DNA from: Deltaproteobacteria bacterium
GTDB taxonomy: Bacteria > Myxococcota > Kuafuiibacteriia > Kuafuiibacteriales > Kuafuiibacteriaceae
Assembly: GCA_040218735.1 (NCBI GenBank)
Contig: JAVJQW010000062.1
Location: 64,001 to 128,000 of the forward strand
Length of the DNA stretch: 64,000 bases
Direction: 5' to 3'
Each line of letters opens with the position of its first letter. Positions within the stretch are counted from its first letter, which is position 1. A program made the position numbers and the translations under genes. Shown one piece after another: positions 60,785-64,000 of the stretch. The notes below the pieces were generated by a model, which had not been told where the DNA came from, ran no database searches, and worked only from the letters and a program-made list of their open reading frames with translations.

Positions 60785-62473
60785 ATGAAAAGCACGTACG
60801 CCTCGATTACCGCCGTCCTCACGCTTTTGGCGACCCCGGCCGCGGCCGACACCCCGGACATCTTCGGACGTACCGGGATCTACGACCTCACCGGACACCC
60901 CGAAATCGCGGACATCCGCATCGATCAGAGCTTCGTGATGGGCGGCGAGCCCGCCGACCCGGCCCTGAATCGGCTGAAGGGCGCTCCGACCGTCGAGGTC
61001 CGAGAGAACTTCCTGTACGTGCACGACGCGGACGGGCAGCTCACGATCCCGCCGCGCAGCGGACGTGACCTCGGCGAGTACTTCCAGCTCGCGGCGACCG
61101 AGCTGTACCGCGTCCTCCCCGACGAGTTCGTGTTCCTGATCCTGTTCACGACGTTCGACGCCAACGTCGGCGCGTTCTTCTACAGCCCGGAAGCCAACGA
61201 CACCCGCGGCATCGGCTCGCAGGTGTTCGACTCCAACGGGTCGTCCCCGCGCGAAGGTATCGTGTTCATGAACTACTACCGCGCCGTCGACGAGCTGTAC
61301 GGCCAGCTCGGCCTCCCCCAGCCGTCGATCGACGCGCAGCGCCGCAGCATCTTCAACCAGGAGGTCGGGCACCGCTGGGGTTCCTTCGTCACCGTCGGCG
61401 GCGGTCCGAACGGGTCGGGCGACGACATCCTCCTCGGGCGCGACGAAGGGCACTGGAGCTACTTCGCCCACACCGGCGGCTCGCCGATGGAAGGCAACGA
61501 CTGGGCCGACAACGGCAACGGCACGTTCACGACGCGCACCGGCGTCGACAACTACATCTACTCGGACCTCGACCTGTACCTGATGGGCATGCTCGCGCCA
61601 ACCGAGGTGGCGCCGTGGTTCGTCATCGACAACGTCGACGTCGGCGGCGCCCGCGACCTCTCCGGTCGCACCGTGAATCGTGCGTCGCCCCCGCAGTTCA
61701 TCAGCGCCTTCCGCGGCGGGTCGGTGACGGTGAGCGGGACGCGCGTCGAGATGACGGTGCAGAACATCATCAACCGCGCGGGCAACCGAACGCCCAACGC
61801 CGACGACGCGCCCCGCAGCTTCCGCACCGCGATCGTCTTCCTCGGCGGCCAGTCGACGCCGGCGAGCGAGCCCGTGAAGCAGCAGTTCGGCGCGATGGTC
61901 GACAACGTCGTCGCCGGCTTCGAGACCGGCACCGGCGGGCGCGGCACGCTCGACTACATCCTGATGGAGCAGCCCCGCATCCCGATCGGCGGCGTCTGCA
62001 GCCAGGCCTCCGAGTGCGACCCGATGGACGCCACGATCTGCGTCGGCCTCCCCGCCGGCACCACGCCGATCTGCACACGCGCGTGCGACTCGGAGGCGAC
62101 CTGCCCCACCGGCTGGTGCTGCGCGCTCCACGCGCCGAGCGGCACGAACGTGTGCGCCACCGGCGACGCCTGCATCGAGCCGGAGCCGGAACCCGAGCCC
62201 GAGCCGATGACGTGCGCCTGCGACATGACGGCCATGACCTGCGACGCCAACTGCGCCTGCGACACGGACTGCGGCACCGTCGACCCGAGCGGCATCTGCA
62301 GCTGCGACCTCACGTACGCGTGTGACACCGCGCCGGGCGGTGGCGAGTGCCTCTGCGATCCGGAGTGCGACAGCGGCTGCGGCTGCGCGAGCACCGAGGC
62401 CGAGGCCGCGACGACGCCGGCGTTGATGGCGGCGCTGGTGCTGATCGCCTTCGCGATCCGACGACGACGCTGA
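60785..62473 (+). CDS. Secreted zincin-like protein with Cys-rich stalk and MYXO-CTERM anchor
   Basis: Signal peptide; QEVGHRW..GHWS..SPMEGNDW..YSDLDLYLMG; C-terminal GCGC-TM-RRRR. Confidence 0.82.
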   Translation: MKSTYASITAVLTLLATPAAADTPDIFGRTGIYDLTGHPEIADIRIDQSFVMGGEPADPALNRLKGAPTVEVRENFLYVHDADGQLTIPPRSGRDLGEYFQLAATELYRVLPDEFVFLILFTTFDANVGAFFYSPEANDTRGIGSQVFDSNGSSPREGIVFMNYYRAVDELYGQLGLPQPSIDAQRRSIFNQEVGHRWGSFVTVGGGPNGSGDDILLGRDEGHWSYFAHTGGSPMEGNDWADNGNGTFTTRTGVDNYIYSDLDLYLMGMLAPTEVAPWFVIDNVDVGGARDLSGRTVNRASPPQFISAFRGGSVTVSGTRVEMTVQNIINRAGNRTPNADDAPRSFRTAIVFLGGQSTPASEPVKQQFGAMVDNVVAGFETGTGGRGTLDYILMEQPRIPIGGVCSQASECDPMDATICVGLPAGTTPICTRACDSEATCPTGWCCALHAPSGTNVCATGDACIEPEPEPEPEPMTCACDMTAMTCDANCACDTDCGTVDPSGICSCDLTYACDTAPGGGECLCDPECDSGCGCASTEAEAATTPALMAALVLIAFAIRRRR

Positions 62474-62496
62474 ACGAACCGACGCCCTAGACGCAA

Positions 62497-62537
62497 GAAA
62501 GGCCGCGAGCCCCAGGGGCCGCGGCCTTTCGTCTTTT
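62497..62537. terminator. Intrinsic (probably bidirectional) terminator
   Basis: gaaaggccgcg..cgcggcctttc hairpin followed by gtctttt, between convergent genes. Confidence 0.8.
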
Positions 62538-62549
62538 CGGGGCTTTCGA

Positions 62550-62825
62550 CTACTTGGGCGGTGCTTCGGGGGGCGTCCCGAGGAGCTCCTCGAGATCGAG
62601 CGCTTCCCCCGTAGCGAAGTGGAAGTACGCCTGCGCGGCCTCCTGCGCGAGCGTCTTGTAGATGGCGTCCCGGTGGGACGAGCTCAATGCGGGGTCGCTC
62701 TGGACCCCGCGGAGTGCCTCTGCGAACGCTTCGAGGTCGGTCCCCGCCTCCGAGATCGTCCGGATGTGTCGGAGGATTCGAGGGTCTCGGGGACCGATGC
62801 GCTCGATCTTGTCGGCGTCTGCCAT
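62550..62825 (-). CDS. Small hypothetical helical protein
   Basis: 91-aa ORF directly downstream of the Met-rich gene, ending at the terminator. Confidence 0.65.
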   Translation of the reverse strand: MADADKIERIGPRDPRILRHIRTISEAGTDLEAFAEALRGVQSDPALSSSHRDAIYKTLAQEAAQAYFHFATGEALDLEELLGTPPEAPPK

Positions 62826-62854
62826 GTCGGCGACGACTCTAGCTCAAAAGCGGC

Positions 62855-63202
62855 CTAAAAGGCGCCCCACATCATCGAGCCCATCATCATCGGGTTGTAA
62901 GGCATCGCACCCATCATCATGGGGTTCATGCCGTACGCGCCCATCGCCATCGGGTTCATGAACATCGCGGCACCAAAGCCACCGTTGTACATGGCCGACA
63001 TCGTGCGGCTGCCGAGGAACAGTTTGCCGAGACCATCGCCGAAGTAGGTCTTCAGGAAGCCTCCGCGGCCGGTCATCCGGTTCATCATCCACGCCTGGGT
63101 GAAGTCCGGATCCGAGCCGAAGAGCTTTCCGATCATGTTCGCGCCGGTGAAAAGACCGATCGCGCCCACGGCGAGCTTAGCGGCGAGCAAGGGGAATGCC
63201 AT
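62855..63202 (-). CDS. Small Met/Gly-rich hydrophobic protein
   Basis: GAAAGGAAG RBS; 115 aa with 21 Met and 20 Gly; NPM(M/A)MG three times. Confidence 0.75.
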   Translation of the reverse strand: MAFPLLAAKLAVGAIGLFTGANMIGKLFGSDPDFTQAWMMNRMTGRGGFLKTYFGDGLGKLFLGSRTMSAMYNGGFGAAMFMNPMAMGAYGMNPMMMGAMPYNPMMMGSMMWGAF

Positions 63203-63219
63203 GTTCTTGTCTTCCTTTC

Positions 63220-63275
63220 ACACGTACACGTGTACGTGTCGCTCCCTTATCGGCGCCCGGGTCCGACCCGTTGCG
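63220..63275 (-). promoter_or_regulatory. Perfect 20-bp palindrome plus sigma28-like -10 box
   Basis: acacgtacacgtgtacgtgt at 63220-63239; GCCGATAA on the minus strand at 63247-63254. Confidence 0.5.
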
Positions 63276-63320
63276 CGAAAATGATAGACATCACAAACAC
63301 TTACACGAGCCTACAACAGA

Positions 63321-63743
63321 TCACCTTCGGCCGCCGCCGAGGCGCTCCTTCATGAACCGGTCGAAGAGCTCCCGCTCCACCTTCCGATCGCTGGTGGCCT
63401 TGTCCTGCATGCCGCCTTCCCCGGTCGCTGCAGAGACCTTGGTCTCGCCGCCGACCAGCTTGCGGGCGTCACGGGTGGTGTCGCCGATCTGCGCCTCGTC
63501 CTCGGCGTCGACACCGGCACCTTCCGCCGGGAAATCGAGGATGAACGAGTAGTCCAGCGGGTTGTCCATCGCCCACTCGATGTAGCCGAACCACTGCTCA
63601 GGCGTGAGCCCCGTGTTGTCGATGATGATCTTCTGCGTCGCGAACCAGCGCTGCAGGTTGTCCTGCTGCTCCTTGGGGAGGGCCTCGAAGGACTCGAGCC
63701 ACTCCTGAATCGCTTTTTCGTGCTCGGCACCTGCGCTCGCCAT
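63321..63743 (-). CDS. Hypothetical acidic protein
   Basis: 140-aa ORF with strong codon bias. Confidence 0.7.
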   Translation of the reverse strand: MASAGAEHEKAIQEWLESFEALPKEQQDNLQRWFATQKIIIDNTGLTPEQWFGYIEWAMDNPLDYSFILDFPAEGAGVDAEDEAQIGDTTRDARKLVGGETKVSAATGEGGMQDKATSDRKVERELFDRFMKERLGGGRR

Positions 63744-63758
63744 GGAGCGCTCAGAGTA

Positions 63759-64000
63759 TCAAAAGCGGATTTCGATCGCGAGCGAACGATTGTCGGGCAT
63801 CCCGGGTCGCATGCCCCGCTCCGTCAGCGGCACCCGGTAGCTGTCCTTGTACAGCCCCGTGTAGATGCCCAGCACCTTGGGCCCGTACCCCGGCGGGATG
63901 AACATCGTGAACGGATCCGCCACAATCTCCCCGACCTGCCAGACATCGGTCGGGTACTTCCCCTTCGCCGGGAAGTGGTCACCGTGCAGCCGGTTCGCGC
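63759..64000 (-). CDS. C-terminal fragment of a membrane/periplasmic protein (Ig-like tail as in GT39/PMT-like proteins), truncated by window edge
   Basis: Translates ..RLHGDHFPAKGKYPTDVWQVGEIVADPF..GLY..EIRF*. Confidence 0.6.
   Translation of the reverse strand, partial: ANRLHGDHFPAKGKYPTDVWQVGEIVADPFTMFIPPGYGPKVLGIYTGLYKDSYRVPLTERGMRPGMPDNRSLAIEIRF

Overview
A very GC-rich (about 70% by eye), densely coded chromosomal segment. Gene content points to Myxococcota: many Ser/Thr kinases, PEGA, MopE-type Ca-binding and MYXO-CTERM proteins, and an MJ0042 zinc-ribbon TPR protein. The housekeeping core is lysS-lolC/E-lolD, ettA, recR-ybaB-dnaX-ffs (SRP RNA), tadA, a 2-oxoacid dehydrogenase E1a/E1b/E2 set, a stand-alone rpsD, pspA and three tRNAs (Ser-GGA, Arg-ACG, Thr-CGT). 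Between these lie accessory envelope and signalling genes. No integrase, transposase, prophage or CRISPR array was seen. The most notable observations are: (1) a Wnt-like (DUF6973/lipocone-type) putative effector gene at the tRNA-Ser 3' end, with an unannotated truncated paralogue fragment in frame behind the tadA stop; (2) a lipoprotein with complete dikinase machinery in glucan-water-dikinase domain order; (3) a 16-kb kinase/pseudokinase-PEGA-beta-barrel-Ca-lipoprotein cluster that may be a trans-envelope signalling system; (4) a roughly 240-aa RPDDRG repeat insertion in DnaX; (5) an FHA protein with ten DLF motifs; (6) a mosaic astacin protease with phage-RBP-like repeats; (7) a Met/Gly-rich small protein behind a perfect 20-bp palindrome and a sigma28-like -10 box. 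All family calls come from motif recognition, not database searches.
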